From: Chrysomallon squamiferum
Taxonomy: Eukaryota; Animalia; Mollusca
Direction: 5' to 3'
DNA length: 64,000 nt
NCBI GenBank assembly: GCA_012295275.1
Contig: CM022672.1
Span: forward strand, 13,454,001-13,518,000
The translations under genes and the position numbers were made by a program. Numbering within the stretch: position 1 is the stretch's first letter; each line of letters starts with the position of its first letter. Under the pieces are notes generated by a model that was given only the letters and a program-made list of their open reading frames with translations, made no database searches and was not told the DNA's origin. Of the stretch, positions 44,459-58,606 are shown piece by piece.

Positions 44459-45048
44459 ATGGAAGGATACCCAGTTGCCATCTTTGAGTCAGGTTTTACT
44501 AACAAATTTATCTGTGGATTATGCAAGAAGATTCTGAGAGAGCCATTACAAAGTTTCTGTGGACATCGATTTTGTAATGAATGTGTGAAAAGAGCTCTGG
44601 GGTATTTGTTTTTATCAATTTTAATTTTTTTGAACTGAAATTTTAATATTTCTAGGAAGCGTCTGTCTGAATCTTATTGGTTAAAGTCGAGGATTCAGGC
44701 TTTGCAGAGTGCAGAATCAGCGTCCCTTGTACACCTGTTATTTCCAGTTCCAGATAGCACCACATCAGTGCTTAAGAACAGAAACATAATGTTTATTTCT
44801 GTCAATACTGTACTTTTATTAATAAGTTTTTGTTTTATTTTATTTTATCTTAATTGTATTATATTTGAAGTGTCAAAGGAAGAAGAAGAAGAAGAATTAA
44901 ATTTTATTTTAATATTTTTCTTGAAATCTTAAAACAAAATTATTTTCTTCTTATAGATCTTCAGGGAGTGTTTCATGTCCTTGTTGTCGTGAAGAGAATA
45001 TGGATGAAAATGAATTCACTGTGCTGAAGAATGAACAGGTATATATAA

Positions 45049-45084
<36 letters not shown>

Positions 45085-46391
45085 AAAAAATATAATACAC
45101 CAAAAATTTATAAATATTAGATTTAAATATTATAATTTATTATAATCACTAGATTAAACTGTTTAATGTTAGAATTTCATAAAAATTAAAAAGTTACATT
45201 AAAAACACGACCAGTGTAAATAAAGATTGTAGACAGATGATTTATTTATTAATTATTTTGTTCTATTTATTTATTTTTTTATTTATAGATTTCTTATGGG
45301 TTTTTTCATTTATTTATTTATTATTTATTACATTTATTTATTTACTCATATTATTTATTTATATTTATTCATTTATTTTATTTTATTTTATTTTATTTAT
45401 TTATTTTATTTTATTTATTTATTTTATTTATTTTATTTATTTTATTCTATTTCATTTTATTTTATTTTACATTATTTATTTATTCATCTTTTTATTCATT
45501 CATTTGTTTATTATATTTATTTATTTATTAACACAGATGTTTCCTGACAATGCTGTTAAGAGAGAGATGATAAGAATGACATCTAAATGTGCAAACAATG
45601 GCTGCACATGGAAAGGAGATTTCAAAGCATATCAGGTAAAAATGATTAATTAACAAATTATTTAGATTACCGATTTTATCATAGTTACATTATATTTATT
45701 TTCACATTTTATTGACAGATGCGGCAAGTTTATTTTTTGTATTTAATAGTTCATTATGTTTATTCTGATATTGGGGTTAACAAACACAGAATAATTTTAA
45801 TTAATGTAAAAATAAATTTAAATTAAAGAAATATTTACCAACAAAATCTGTTTAAGAAAAAGAACAAATCATTTTAAAAATTCAATCCAGCTTTTTAAAA
45901 TTTTATTTAATTTTATATTACCATAAACTTTATTATGTTTCTTTTTAACTTTTTCTTTACTTTACTTTACTTTACTTTACTTTATTTTCACTTCACTTTT
46001 AATTTTAATTTTCACCATGTGATCTTACATTATATTCTAGGAACATGAACAGAACTGTGAACACCGCAGTGTTCCTTGTGCCGAGTGTGGGGCTTTGATT
46101 ACCTTTCTCAAGCGGAATGAACACTTGACAAAGGAATGTCCAAAAAGACAAGTGAAATGCAGATTTTGTAATGCCAATATCATTTATGCTGATACTGAGG
46201 TGAGAGTTTTAATGGTGTAATTATTAACAATATTGTTGTTAGTAGTAGTAGTAGTAGTAGTAGTAATTGTTGTAATGTTGTTATTATTTGTATTAATGCT
46301 ACTAGTGTTGTTGTCATTATTATTACTATTATTATTGTTATTATTATTATTTCTACTACTAGGAGTCTTCTTCTTATTATTATTGTTGTTG

Positions 46392-46458
<67 letters not shown>

Positions 46459-47652
46459 AGACTGACATTTACTAAGCTGTCTACCTGTAATCCTAATTCA
46501 TTAATATTTTTTTTTTTTTTTTTTTTTCTTCTTCTTTTGTCTGTTAGTGATTTAAAATTTCAAGCATGACCAAGCCATGCTAGTATTCATTGTTTTAATT
46601 GCTCTTCATCTCTTTATATATTCAACACACTGTGGTTTTTCTGAAATAAATTCAGCTAGCTATGTTTTGAATAGCCCCATTTTTAATAATAATAATAAAA
46701 AAAAGTATATTCCATGCAACAAAGCAAAAACACTGGACATTATCCATTAAAGATACAGTAAATTATTTCATTAAAATTTACATACGTTCCACTTAATATC
46801 TGTTTCATTGTTATCCAGTTTGTAACAATTTACCTGACATTTTAATAGTATGGTCAGGTGGTTACCTATGGTTAGAAGTGATTCTTCTGTGATCCAACAT
46901 TTTCACTAATCCATCAATCCTCAGGTATCAGTGGTGATCAAATAGTGAAAGTCAACCTATATTTAAGTTTTTGTTATTATAATATAAACAGTTATTTTTA
47001 GAATAAATTATTAGTTTTAAATATCAATGACATTACATTGGTAAGGTGACATCAAACATCAAATATATTTCAGTTTGCCAGTATGTGTATATATATGAAA
47101 TTTGTTTGTATTGGTATAAATAATAACAGATATACTTATTTTTCTTGTTTCTTGACACACTTGTTTGAAGGAAGAAAAAATTTTTTGAAATTCTATATAT
47201 AGTGGGTTTTTCCCACATGTACAGTTCATTATTATTGGTTTATTTGTATGTTACTTTTTCTTTTTTCACTCATTCTTAAAACTATTAATATTTTTTATTT
47301 TTTTATTTTTTTTTTAATTTTAGCATCATAACATGTCATGTCCAAAATTCCCAAGTCAGTGTGCAAGCTGTGGAAAAAAGAAAATTCCAAAAGATCAGGT
47401 AACAGTCCTGCATTTGTTACTGCATGGAGACTGACACTAAATGTTTATTTCCTCACACACACACACACACACACACACATGCACACACACACACACATGC
47501 ACACATACACACACACAAAACACATGGCATAGGCACCTGCAAATATCCTTTCACACAAGAATATACATATGCACACACAAAAATGTAATAGATATGCATA
47601 CATATATATTCAAACGCATGCATGCATGCATTCATACAAACATATATACATT

Positions 47653-47688
<36 letters not shown>

Positions 47689-49829
47689 ATTTTCTTCTTC
47701 TTTTACAAATCCAAATAAAAAAAATGCTGTTAATGCATGAAAAATGTCATGGACAGTGATTTTTTTTTTAAAAAGACTATTTTAGGACCATTATTTTCTT
47801 AAATGCACTGTTTATAAACAATATATTTTATAATTCAGTTCATAAAATAAAAGTAGAAGCTATAAGCAAGAACTTGAAATATTTTATTTTTAATATTTTA
47901 TAAAAGTGAACAATACTGAATTTATGCCACAGAAATATTATAATTATGTTTGGAACATTTCAGTATTTCATATAACCTCTGTTTGGATCTTTGAACAATA
48001 AACTTTAAAAGAAATATCCTTGTTTTGATGTCTTTTTCAGATGCAAGAACATTTGCAGAAAGAATGTAATAAGAGGGCTGTCCAATGTCCACTTGGATGT
48101 CCTGATTCGGTCAGTTCAATTAATTAATTAAATTTTTAAATATTATTATTGTTGTTGTTATTCTTCTTCTTCTTCTTCTTCTTCTTATTATTATTATTAA
48201 TATTATTATTACCTATTATTATCATCATCGTCATTTTATTATATTTTATTTTTTTAATTTATTGTTATTGTTATTGTTATTATTATTACTTTATATGTAT
48301 AAAACATTGGAACACACACGCGCACACACACACACATGCACACACACACACACACGTGCACAACACACACACACACACACATACTTAGATACAGAAACAT
48401 TTTATATATTAGTCTTCCCATTTGCTCCTTTGTATCTTTCAACCTTTCTTTGCTAATAACAAAGGATTACTATACAGTCAATGCATGATAAAAGTATTAA
48501 TGTCTATTTCAGTGTATCTTGTTGTGCTTGTTTAACTTTATCATTACTAGCGCAGTACTTGTTTTCAAAATAAAATTGCACTTCAATCAATTTTTTTTTT
48601 TTCATGGTAAATCACCCATGTGTTTTAGTAAAATCAGTGAAAGAATGAAATAAAATAGATTACAAATTAATAATTAAAAAAAAAATAATGGTTGATAACC
48701 TCTTCAAAACCCTGTATCATAAAAAAGGATTTCGATCATTGATAAATATAAAAGAAATGTATTTTAAAAAATTTGTTTTTAATTTTTAAATTTGTTTTAA
48801 TTTCAGCCGAGCTTAGCTCGATTCCAGTCACATTTAGCAAAGAATGTCGGCTCCCACCTGGCCTGGGCGATGGAGAGACTGCATCAGCTGGAGCAGCAGA
48901 TTACTGGAGGTGTCACCAACCTGACCCCCAACAGAGATCTCAGAGAAGTAATGTCATCTATCACTGAGCTCGAGCAGAAGGTAAACAGCATGGAGTCGCA
49001 GCTCCAGAGCATCAACAACTTTTCAGCTTTCCAGGAACGTCTTCGAATCACTGAGGCCAAAGTAGAATCATTTGAGCCCATCATGGGAGTTCTTCACAGG
49101 GAGATAGACAAGTGTGTGCAGACCACCGAGTCACTGGGGCGGGGTGGAGTAAGCTCTTTGCTGGAGCAGCAGATAACCATGATGACTCGACAGATGGAGG
49201 AGTTCAAGACCAAGATTCAGACACTGGAACGGAGCCTGGCAATGAAGGAGGTAGCTCTGACAGAACATGAGCTAAGAATGCAGAGTCTGGAGTTTGTCAG
49301 TTACGACGGAACTCTGCTGTGGAGGATTGGCGAAGTGAAGAAAAAGAGACAAGAGGCTGCCCAAGGCACAGTGACCAGTCTGTACTCTCAAGCGTTCTAC
49401 ACAGGTAAAGTAGGTTACAAGATGTGTGCCCGGATTTATCTCAACGGGGATGGAATTGGCAAAGGAACTCACATATCGCTGTTCTTTGTCGTCATGAGAG
49501 GTCCTTACGACTCCCTCCTGCCCTGGCCGTTCAAACAGAAAGTGAGTCTTATGATCATTGATCAGAATTTCTCTGAACACGTTCTTGATACCTTTCAGCC
49601 AGACGTGGGCAGTTCATCGTTCCGCAGGCCTGTCTCGGAGATGAACATAGCCAGCGGCTGTCCATTGTTTTTGCCATTAACTCGACTTGATGACCCTACA
49701 ATGGGATACGTCAAAGATGATGTCATCTTCATAAAGATTATCGTAGAAACTGATGGTCTGGCTAAATATACAGAGCTGAACCCGTTAAAAGCAAATGGGC
49801 CAGTAGCGCCACCTGGTTCGAAAAGGTAA
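44459..49829 (+). CDS. TRAF2: TNF receptor-associated factor 2-like (RING, TRAF zinc fingers, coiled coil, MATH domain), about 549 aa
   Basis: Exons 44459-44601, 44957-45038, 45537-45635, 46041-46199, 47324-47398, 48041-48109 and 48807-49829. RING CGLCKKILREPLQSFCGHRFCNEC...CPCC. TRAF2-type FPDNAVKRE and CPKFP. MATH domain GYKMCARIYLNGDGIGKGTHISLFFVVMRG...WPFKQKV...EHVLDTFQPDVGSSSFRRPVSEMNIASGCPLF. Confidence 0.92.
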
Positions 49830-50256
49830 AATAATAATGCTTTTTTGTTTGTTTGTTTTTAGAGTTTCGAGGGTTTTTGTGCTCTAAAAAATATTTGAGT
49901 TCATTGTATTTGTTTAGATAATTATTTAGCAGTTCTGTGTTTAAATCTACATATTTTTCAACACTTGCATATTATTTTTTAATGACCTGAGTGCATTTGT
50001 TTGTGTAACATATTATAATAGATATTTGCAGTTCCTGGGACACTCCTTATTCTAATAATTTTTAAACTTGCATCTGCAATAACAATAATAATAAATAATG
50101 ATAATAATAATATTATTATTCATTATTTATTATTACTGTTATAACAGAGACATTTGCAGGAAGAGAAAAATGAATAAGACAAGCAATTTAAAGTAATTTA
50201 AATGGAACTCTGTAATTCTTTTGTATTCAGTCTTACTGACACTGGAGACAATACAG

Positions 50257-50301
<45 letters not shown>

Positions 50302-52020
50302 CATTACATTTTAGTTTCATAAAATCACTATCTTTAGGATCAAACGCCATGTATTCACTTTCAGATCCTAATATCTGTTTTATTAACGACTTTCCAATAA
50401 GAAATGGTTTTGGGTGTTGGGTGGAAGAGTATTAAAACTGAATGGAACTGAAATTAAGGACAGAATGGAATGTCCTTTGGACATATGTGTATATATCTAC
50501 TTTTATATCTAAAACAATAGTAAACACACACATTTTATATATATTTTCAAACCAATTAGATTTTATAGCACTATTGTCCCCTTACACAGAATGAAGATAA
50601 ATACCACATAATAAAAAACATAATTCGTCATATGTCTGTCGTGGTATAAAATTTAACTTTATGCACACACCTTTAAAATTATTTGAAATGGAGCCCAGAA
50701 AAATAAAAGTACTGTTCTTAGGAATGTTCAGTATTTTGACTTGTTACACTAGGTGATATTAATATATGTTAGAGAGACAAATATATGTGTGAAACTAGAA
50801 ACTGAACTAATTATAATATTTTCATATATATTGTTTTGGATTTTTGTTGCTGTTTATTTTACCAAGTGCTTTGAAATACTATCATTTTGTCAACTATCAG
50901 TATATTAGTGTACTCAAAATTTATATATATATATATATTTCCTTTAGATATGTTTTGCTATGTTTTTTCTAATATTAATAATAATAATAATAATAATTGT
51001 AGTAATAATAATAATAGTAATAATAATAATAGTAAAATGTTTTGATTTTTTTCAAAAATCTAAATTATTATCTCAGAATAGATTTTTAATGGAGATGAGT
51101 TAACAAGAAATGGTTAATTTTTGTGGGGTTTTTGGAGGAGGAATTTTTTCTTTTTTGTTAATCCAGGTAGAGTAGGTATTTTTATAGAAATCTTTTGGTT
51201 TATATCATTTATTTTCCACTAGTTTCCAGATAAAAAAGTGTATTGCATTCAAAAACTAATGTATTAAATTACACTTTAAAAAAACTATCATATTTAAATC
51301 AATTTCATATGATTATATACAATAAAATTTATATTTATATAAATATAGGAAACTTAACATTTTAAAATCCAACTATAAATATTATTGATTTGTCGAAGTT
51401 TATTTTTATTATATGTATATACAGTTACTTGAATTTATTTGCTTGTTTTTTCTTCATTGTATATTGTATATGCTTTAGGATTAATAAAATTTTAAATCTT
51501 ATCGACTGTTGCCATTACTTTTTCTAACGGATATGATTGATATACTCTTCATATAATTAAATATTTCATGTTGTGTGTTTTGTGTGTATTATGTAAATTG
51601 TGTGCGTGTAACATGTGCTTGGTGTATGCATTTAAAAAGCAGGAATTGCTTCACATAAATTTATTAAATTATCCAAACTTTCTGGTGTATATATAAAATA
51701 TCTTCACCAATATTTGAAACAACCATATTTGTTTTGAATTATACACACATTTGTTTAATCAGTTGGTTTACATAGAATACATACAACACTGCAATGTATG
51801 TACAGTATTCTTTATTTTGAAGATAAAATCTCAGACTTGTGCAGTTATTTTAATAGACAAGAAAAATAAATAATGCCTAAAACAGAAAATAAAAGTAAAA
51901 TTATCGCGTTAAAAAATAACAAACCAACAAAATAAAAAAAATATATAAAAAAAATCTCCAACAAAATAAACAAATAGTTACAACAACAAAATTATTCGTA
52001 TCTAGATATTAATCCATCAT

Positions 52021-53295
52021 TCAGACACACAGTCGAACTTCATTCAACCAGTCCATGTAACCAGTCGCCAACATCGTCGTATGTGTGTAACGATCTACAC
52101 TGCACATCTTGTCACAAATTCCACAGAGTGATTCTTCATGATAACCGTAGTGAAAGTGACCAACGTCAGTTTCCACGTCTCTGTCAGTGTATTTCTCGTA
52201 GACCGATTCATATTCATCTTTTCGTTTCAAATACTCGATATACTTCTCATCATGCTCATCAAGGTACCTCAGGTAATTCGCGAGATCCCTTACAGACGGG
52301 AAGTCAGCCTCTCTCGATGTAAGTCTCATCTGGAAGTTGTTTCCGGTAATTTGCACCTCCCCGAAGTATGAGAACAGCGTCTGCAGAATACCATCGGAAA
52401 AAAGCGTCACTGATGTAGTCGAGGCAAAACGAATTTTCAAAAGCAAAGTAGCACTTATTTAGTTACTTATCTAACGCAGACAAGCGTAATCTTTACTCAC
52501 AAAAGGTCCCGCAGCAAGTACCAAACACTTACCCTGGTACATGTCTGATTAGATTAGCAACGTATTTCTCACGTTTCCCTACAGTTACTCGCTGTCCACT
52601 ATACTAAACCACGTTTTCGTGAAACAGTGAAAGAATAGTTTTTGTAATCGTAAGACAGTATTTTTTTTTTTTTTTTTTGAAGGATTCTGTAAGGAGAAAT
52701 GATGTCTTGTCTCGTCTGTAACTGATGATCCAATTAAAATTTCTCCTGAGTGAGATCAAAAGAAGTTTCTGTTATCTATGATGGACTCAGAGGCGTAGAA
52801 TGGCTCAAAAATCCATACGTGATTTGATCTTAATCTCAATGGAGGATTTTTCTATTTCATTAATTCCGCTGAGAATATCATTGCTGAGCTTGAGTAGTAA
52901 TACTTCCAGTTTGTTTTAATCTTGCATTTTACGCTGGACATGCTGGCAGAGGATGTATTTGTTTAACAGGATACTGATGCCTTGGTTTAATAAGCCAAAT
53001 AATAATTTTGAACGTTTCCCATCGGTTCCACACTGCAGCTCTTCGATATTCTGTGTCTCTGGTAAATTCATTCTCTAACTTCACATTCTCTTCTAATAAT
53101 CTTGCCTCACTTCTGTTCATTAGTCGTAACAATGGAGTCAGGTTTTGTTTCATTTTAATTGTCGATGTTGTTATCGGTTTTGAAGTTTGCAGACTTTGAC
53201 GCGATACGATGAGAACTGTCAACAGAATTAAGCAGAAGAAAACCAGTCTGAAAACTACACCTCGGTTTATCAACCTGAAAATAGTCCGTTCGTGT
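52021..53295 (-). pseudogene. Intronless alpha-1,3-fucosyltransferase (GT10) pseudogene
   Basis: Collinear GT10 motifs spread over shifting frames with several stops: type II TM anchor VVFRLVFFCLILLTVLIVS, CPA* / KCKIKTN, FNWIISYRRD / DIISPY, RKRGLV*WTASNC / REKYVANL, YFAFENSFCLDYISDAFF, LRGGANY, ADFPSVRDLANYLRYLDEHDEKYIEY and LCGIC. No clear start codon. Confidence 0.85.
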
Positions 53296-54338
53296 CTGAA
53301 AATGAATCAAATACGATAAGGCTGATGTTTGGTTGGATTTTGTATGTAACAGTTAAATAATAAAATAAATATTTAATATTAACAGTTACTCGATGTTAAT
53401 TTTTCTTCATATTCATTTTATATATATATTCATTTATTATTATTATTATCTATCTTTTTCTCTCTTTTTCAAATTAATTTTGTTTCTCTAGTTTTATTTA
53501 ATGACAGTACAGGCTTCTTTTGTCGATTATCTTCGAGTCATTTTCTATATAAGAAAGCAGACAACAAGGTTTTTAAGAAATTAGTCTTGGGGCATTGGCT
53601 AGAATGGAACGACAGCTACATAAAGTCAGAGACAGCTTTTTGAAGATCGCTCCAAAAAGTAAAACAAAATGTAGGAGTTATGTCCCATGGCGGACCAACA
53701 TTTCTGGAGCCGTGAAACTTGAACAAGTAGCATTGGTGTCTGGGGAACTACTCTTTATCTTCTTCTATGGCAGTGTTTCATGACAGGTTTCAAAAATTTA
53801 GATAAATCTCAGATTTTTATCAAACGTTTAAGCAAGATGGAACAGAGGTCCTGAAGCCTAAGCTAAGTTAGTTTTATAACAGAACCGCCACTGGTCATGT
53901 CTGAAACCTTCTGTTGCACATTATTAACTTGTTTCACCAACAAAAATCAACAAGTCCGAAATTACAAATTAACAATCGCAGTATTATTAGTAGTAGTATT
54001 TACTTTTCTCACTGTATTATTATTATATGGTGTATAAAGAACTGTACTGCGCACGCACGCACACACACGCACACACACACACACACACACACACCAACAT
54101 CCGCACGCATTCACACACAGTTTGTAAAGAACTGCATTGTTTATAAAGAAGACTTTTTATAATTTAGTTCATATAATAATTTAATAACTTGAGAATACCT
54201 GAATAGTTTAAACGACATTGCTTTAGAAAACACTCGCTCTTGTTCTTCTCTAAAAGAAACACAAATTCAATTATTGTGATGTACAAGCATTTGGCAACCC
54301 GTAAAACCGTGTTATTTAAAGGAACTTTTATTTATTAT

Positions 54339-54372
<34 letters not shown>

Positions 54373-54577
54373 TTTTTGTTGTTGCAAATATTATATTAAA
54401 TCCATTCCAGTTTTAAATGTCTTCAGCATTAGCTGTTTTGTATCTTCAAAAGACATATATTTACTGGTCGGGACAGCAATTCTAAAATCACTATTCATCA
54501 TTTATCTAATGGCGAATACTACTTGTGTTTTTGCTGATTTGCCTGCTGATAGGATGTGATGCTGTGAATTACTTATG

Positions 54578-54579
<2 letters not shown>

Positions 54580-54667
<88 letters not shown>
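54580..54667. repeat. (TC)n microsatellite
   Basis: Seen directly. Confidence 0.95.
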
Positions 54668-54672
<5 letters not shown>

Positions 54673-55112
54673 TCTTTCTGTATATCCCTCTATTTCCCCC
54701 ACTCCCTCTCCTTTCTTCTTTCTCAGAATTAAATTTGCTCCTTTTAAGTAACAAGTAAAACAAGAAATGTTTGGTGGATTTTAAAAAAAAGTTTATTATG
54801 AAAAATAACCCAGCAAAACAAAATAAAATAATCAGACAAAATGAAAGTGATTTTAAAAATGTAGTTTTTAAGAAATATATACAAAAACGAAGTTGCATAA
54901 ATCGTAAGGTAAAGTTAAATTGAGCTTTTAAAACTAATGTAATGCACTCGTGATATGTACAAACACTAAAAATAGTAAAATGTGTAAAATAAATAAAGAT
55001 AAGATTTGGGTGGTATTAAATATTATCTGAAATCATGTAAGTAATATACAAAAAAGCAAAAGCAATAAAAGCCAATTACATTTGTAAAGAATAAAATAAA
55101 AATAAAAATAAA

Positions 55113-55174
<62 letters not shown>

Positions 55175-55519
55175 TAATAATAATAATAATAAATAAATAA
55201 ATAAATAAATAAATAATATGATACGTAAATGCTATATATCCCAAAATAATGAAATAATAAATGCAGTAAAATAAGTCAATAAAACGTATATACATTCAAA
55301 CATTATACAACTAAATAACTACATTCTATAGTATATACTTTCAATACAACGAATGAGGAAAAAAAAAAAAGGCAAATGAAAAGTGAAATAAAGTAATAAA
55401 CACGAACAATGATCAATAAAAATCAAAGGAAAAAGTAACTGATACATATATATATGTGTGAGTACTGAAAAACTGACAGACAAATTCTTTAAATGACAAT
55501 AATATTTTGAATGTATCGT

Positions 55520-56170
55520 TGATGCAGTATAAATAGCAGGAGCTGTTGTAATATTAGTAGTAGAACAAGTATTATTGGAATAGGTTTTAATAATACTGAG
55601 GATGGTAGGAATTTTTATAATCAGAGTTCGTACAAACGTAGCAGTAAAAACAGGACCATTACTAGTAAAATTGGTGATAGTGGTAATAATTTGATGGTAG
55701 GAGGTGTTTTAGAGGGAGTGGTACAACTGTAGAATAGAAATAGAACCAATTTTAAGTAGCAGAAGTAGAACCAATATCAGTAGCATAGTAACGGTGATGG
55801 TGGTTGGCATTACTTTAGTCAGATTAGAGATGTAAATGTAATAGTCGAATCATTGACAATGGTAGCAGAACTGGTGACAGTAGTAATGGTTAGATGGTAG
55901 AATTTGTTTTAGAGAGCTGATATAATTGTAACAGTAGAAGTAGAATCTGTATTAGTAGTATTGGTGATAGTAGTAGCGGTGATGATGTTAGTTGATATAA
56001 ATGTTGTAGCAGAAACAGTACCAATATCAGTAGAATTAGTGATAGTAGTTTCATGCTAAAAATTGTCAGTGTTGATATAATAACGTCAGTAGAAATAGCA
56101 ACAGTTGTCGTCGTCGTCGTAGTAGTAGTGATGGTGGTGGTGGTGGTAGGAGTTGTTGCTGTTAGAACTA
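55520..56170. repeat. Degenerate (AGT/GGT)-rich low-complexity region with an internal duplication of about 200 bp
   Basis: GGTGA.AGT.GTAAT...GATGGTAG....TGTTTTAGAG.GA blocks at about 55673 and 55873. GTAGCAGAA...CCAATATCAGTAG at about 55756 and 56006. Confidence 0.55.
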
Positions 56171-57396
56171 TTGCATTATTTAGACAATCAACATTGTAGA
56201 CAAATCGTCATAATAGAATAAATTGAAAATAAATATTAAAAATACCCTCAACCATGAGTGGAATAAAGTTACATTGGGAGCATTACAGACAATAATCAGT
56301 CATTAACGAGGTATTATGACAGACTTTAAATAGTTTTAATACAAATATCTAGCTAATACTTTACTTTGAAAATAACATTTTGTGCCCCTGCGAGGCAAGG
56401 TGGGTTGTTGTCGGTGCGCGATAATGAACGATTACAACTTAGTATATAACGAAACACAATTCTATACATTAATTAACACATAATTAAAGACAGAAACTGC
56501 AACAACCCCAAAAATAACAACAGCGTAAAATACAAAGAACAAATATAAATATATTAATCATGAAATCAATTCACAGGTTTTTTTTATTAAGTACATAGAG
56601 ATTTTGTGTTTTATATACATATCTTAAATAGGTGTTTTCTCTACGGAGTTGATTAGTAATTGCGAAAGATTATAGTAGTTTTTATAATTAAAGATTATAA
56701 TCAGTCGTTGTTAATATGTTGAATATTTTAAATAAATATTTTTTAATTCTTCTTATTATTTTGAATTATCAACAGTAATACTGGGAATACAGATTTAAAG
56801 TACATGTAATTATATTCCTAATTATGCTGTTACTTGAAAATTCAGGTTTGAAAACGGTTAAAATTTTAGCTTAATTAAGGCAAGACACTAAACCTTTAAA
56901 AAAAAAGAATATACTGCAATGATGGCGACTTTTGAATTAATAATTCAGATATGAAGTTTAAAGAAAAATGAAAGAAATTAATTTAAAAAGTGAAAAGAAA
57001 AATGAAAGGAAAATGACGAAAATAACAAATTACAAGAATAAAAAAGAAAATTTACAATTACAGAGATGTTTTCGATTTGTTATCGTTTTAACAGAGAAAG
57101 GGTTAAAGTTATTACAATAGTTTAAATATTTGTCAGTTCTTGAGACACAGCACTCAAGCAACAATTTTTCAACAAATGAAATCCATTATAATTGTACATA
57201 GGGTTCATTGAACGGTCCCAGTAGAGTACTTGGACTTACAGCAAACAGACATAAACAAAATGAATACGCTGCAACCAAAACGTGTTCTGTCACATTCAGT
57301 CAGTTTATACTTATTAGACTGGTGATTATTTATACTGGTTCTATTGAGCTTTTCTTCAACTGGTAGAGAATCAGTGAGATCATAAATTTCGTTCCG

Positions 57397-57468
<72 letters not shown>

Positions 57469-57807
57469 ACACACAACCTGTATATTAAACGTTACACATT
57501 TAACATTGTACAAAGCGACCATAAGAATTATACATAATATCTCAATATCTTTTTTATTATTTTTTAAATAAATATTCTCAGTAAATAAATAAATTCAGTT
57601 AAAATAAAGAAGAAAAGTAAAATGGTACAAAAATTAAGAAAAAAGAAAAAGCTGAAAATTCTAAAACTGTATACATTTTGATATCCCGCCTAATATTAAC
57701 TCTATCATATGTCTCAAGGACATGATATTCTTTATTCTTAGCACGTAATGATTTATACATTACGTAACTAAGATTAAGATCGTTGTATAACAAAATAGAT
57801 AAAGTCT

Positions 57808-57839
<32 letters not shown>

Positions 57840-58419
57840 ACATTTCTATTAATTAATCGATACAAATAAGAAAGAAAAAATGATGTAAGTAACTGTAAGT
57901 ATTTAATTAATCTAGATAAGATCGATTTGAAATCGCATAACTGAGCCACGAACCTTTTAGTCTTCATCTTAACAACAACAAAACTATCACAGAGCCTGAC
58001 ATACTTTATTTTTATGCTTTAAAAAGGTTCAGGCGTCTAAACAACTGTTTCAGATGTTTTCCAATATTGTATTTGATTTCTTATGGTTAACAGTGAAATT
58101 ACCTTGATATGACACACATTATTTACTGTTACAGCGATGTGTGAATGAAACGTTTTCTAACAAGATATCTAAAACTGAAATAAAGTAAAGTGATGGTAAT
58201 ATCGACCTCTCAGTTTCTCTTTTCTTTTGTTTTAAAATAAGTGTAATGGATAAAACGTCACCCATAAGACCAACACACAAAATGGAATCGTTAACCTGTA
58301 ATTTTCGATATTTTATGTTAATTTTCATTACGAACATAGAATTAGTTATCATATTTATATTACGGACAATTTAAAATATGATAATCTAACTTTATATGTT
58401 GTAACGTAATTAACTTAGA

Positions 58420-58600
58420 TCCTGTTTCAATTTACGTTATACGTTTATATTTTAAATTATGTTTTACGTTTACGTTTTAATTTACGTCACACGTTTACGT
58501 TTCAGTTTACGTTATACGTTTCTATTTACGTTACATGTTCGTTATAACTTTAGTTTCAATTTACGTTTATGTTTCAGCTTACGTTATACGTTTACATACG
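58420..58600. repeat. Degenerate (ACGTTT)-based tandem repeat directly downstream of the laminin stop codon
   Basis: Repeated GTTTCA.TTTACGTTATACGTTT units near 58424, 58499, 58553 and 58571. Confidence 0.7.
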
Positions 58601-58606
58601 ATGAAT

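Noticed and set aside
43620-44460. NF-kB and ISRE-like motifs upstream of TRAF2 (GGGAATTTTG, GGGACTTTGA, GAAAAACGAAA)
   Set aside because: None matches the consensus fully (missing terminal CC, wrong spacing), and such near-matches are expected by chance.
45237-48456. Hydrophobic or homopolymeric ORFs (poly-I/L/N, HT and VC repeats) here and elsewhere, e.g. 9008-9325, 54569-55295 and 61143-61854
   Set aside because: They are translations of intronic or intergenic (TTTA)n, (TTA)n, (CA)n and (GA)n microsatellites.
48884-49580. Antisense ORFs within the last TRAF2 exon, and similar ones within PIP5KL1 and laminin exons
   Set aside because: Shadow ORFs of GC-richer coding sequence, with no recognisable motifs or splice support.
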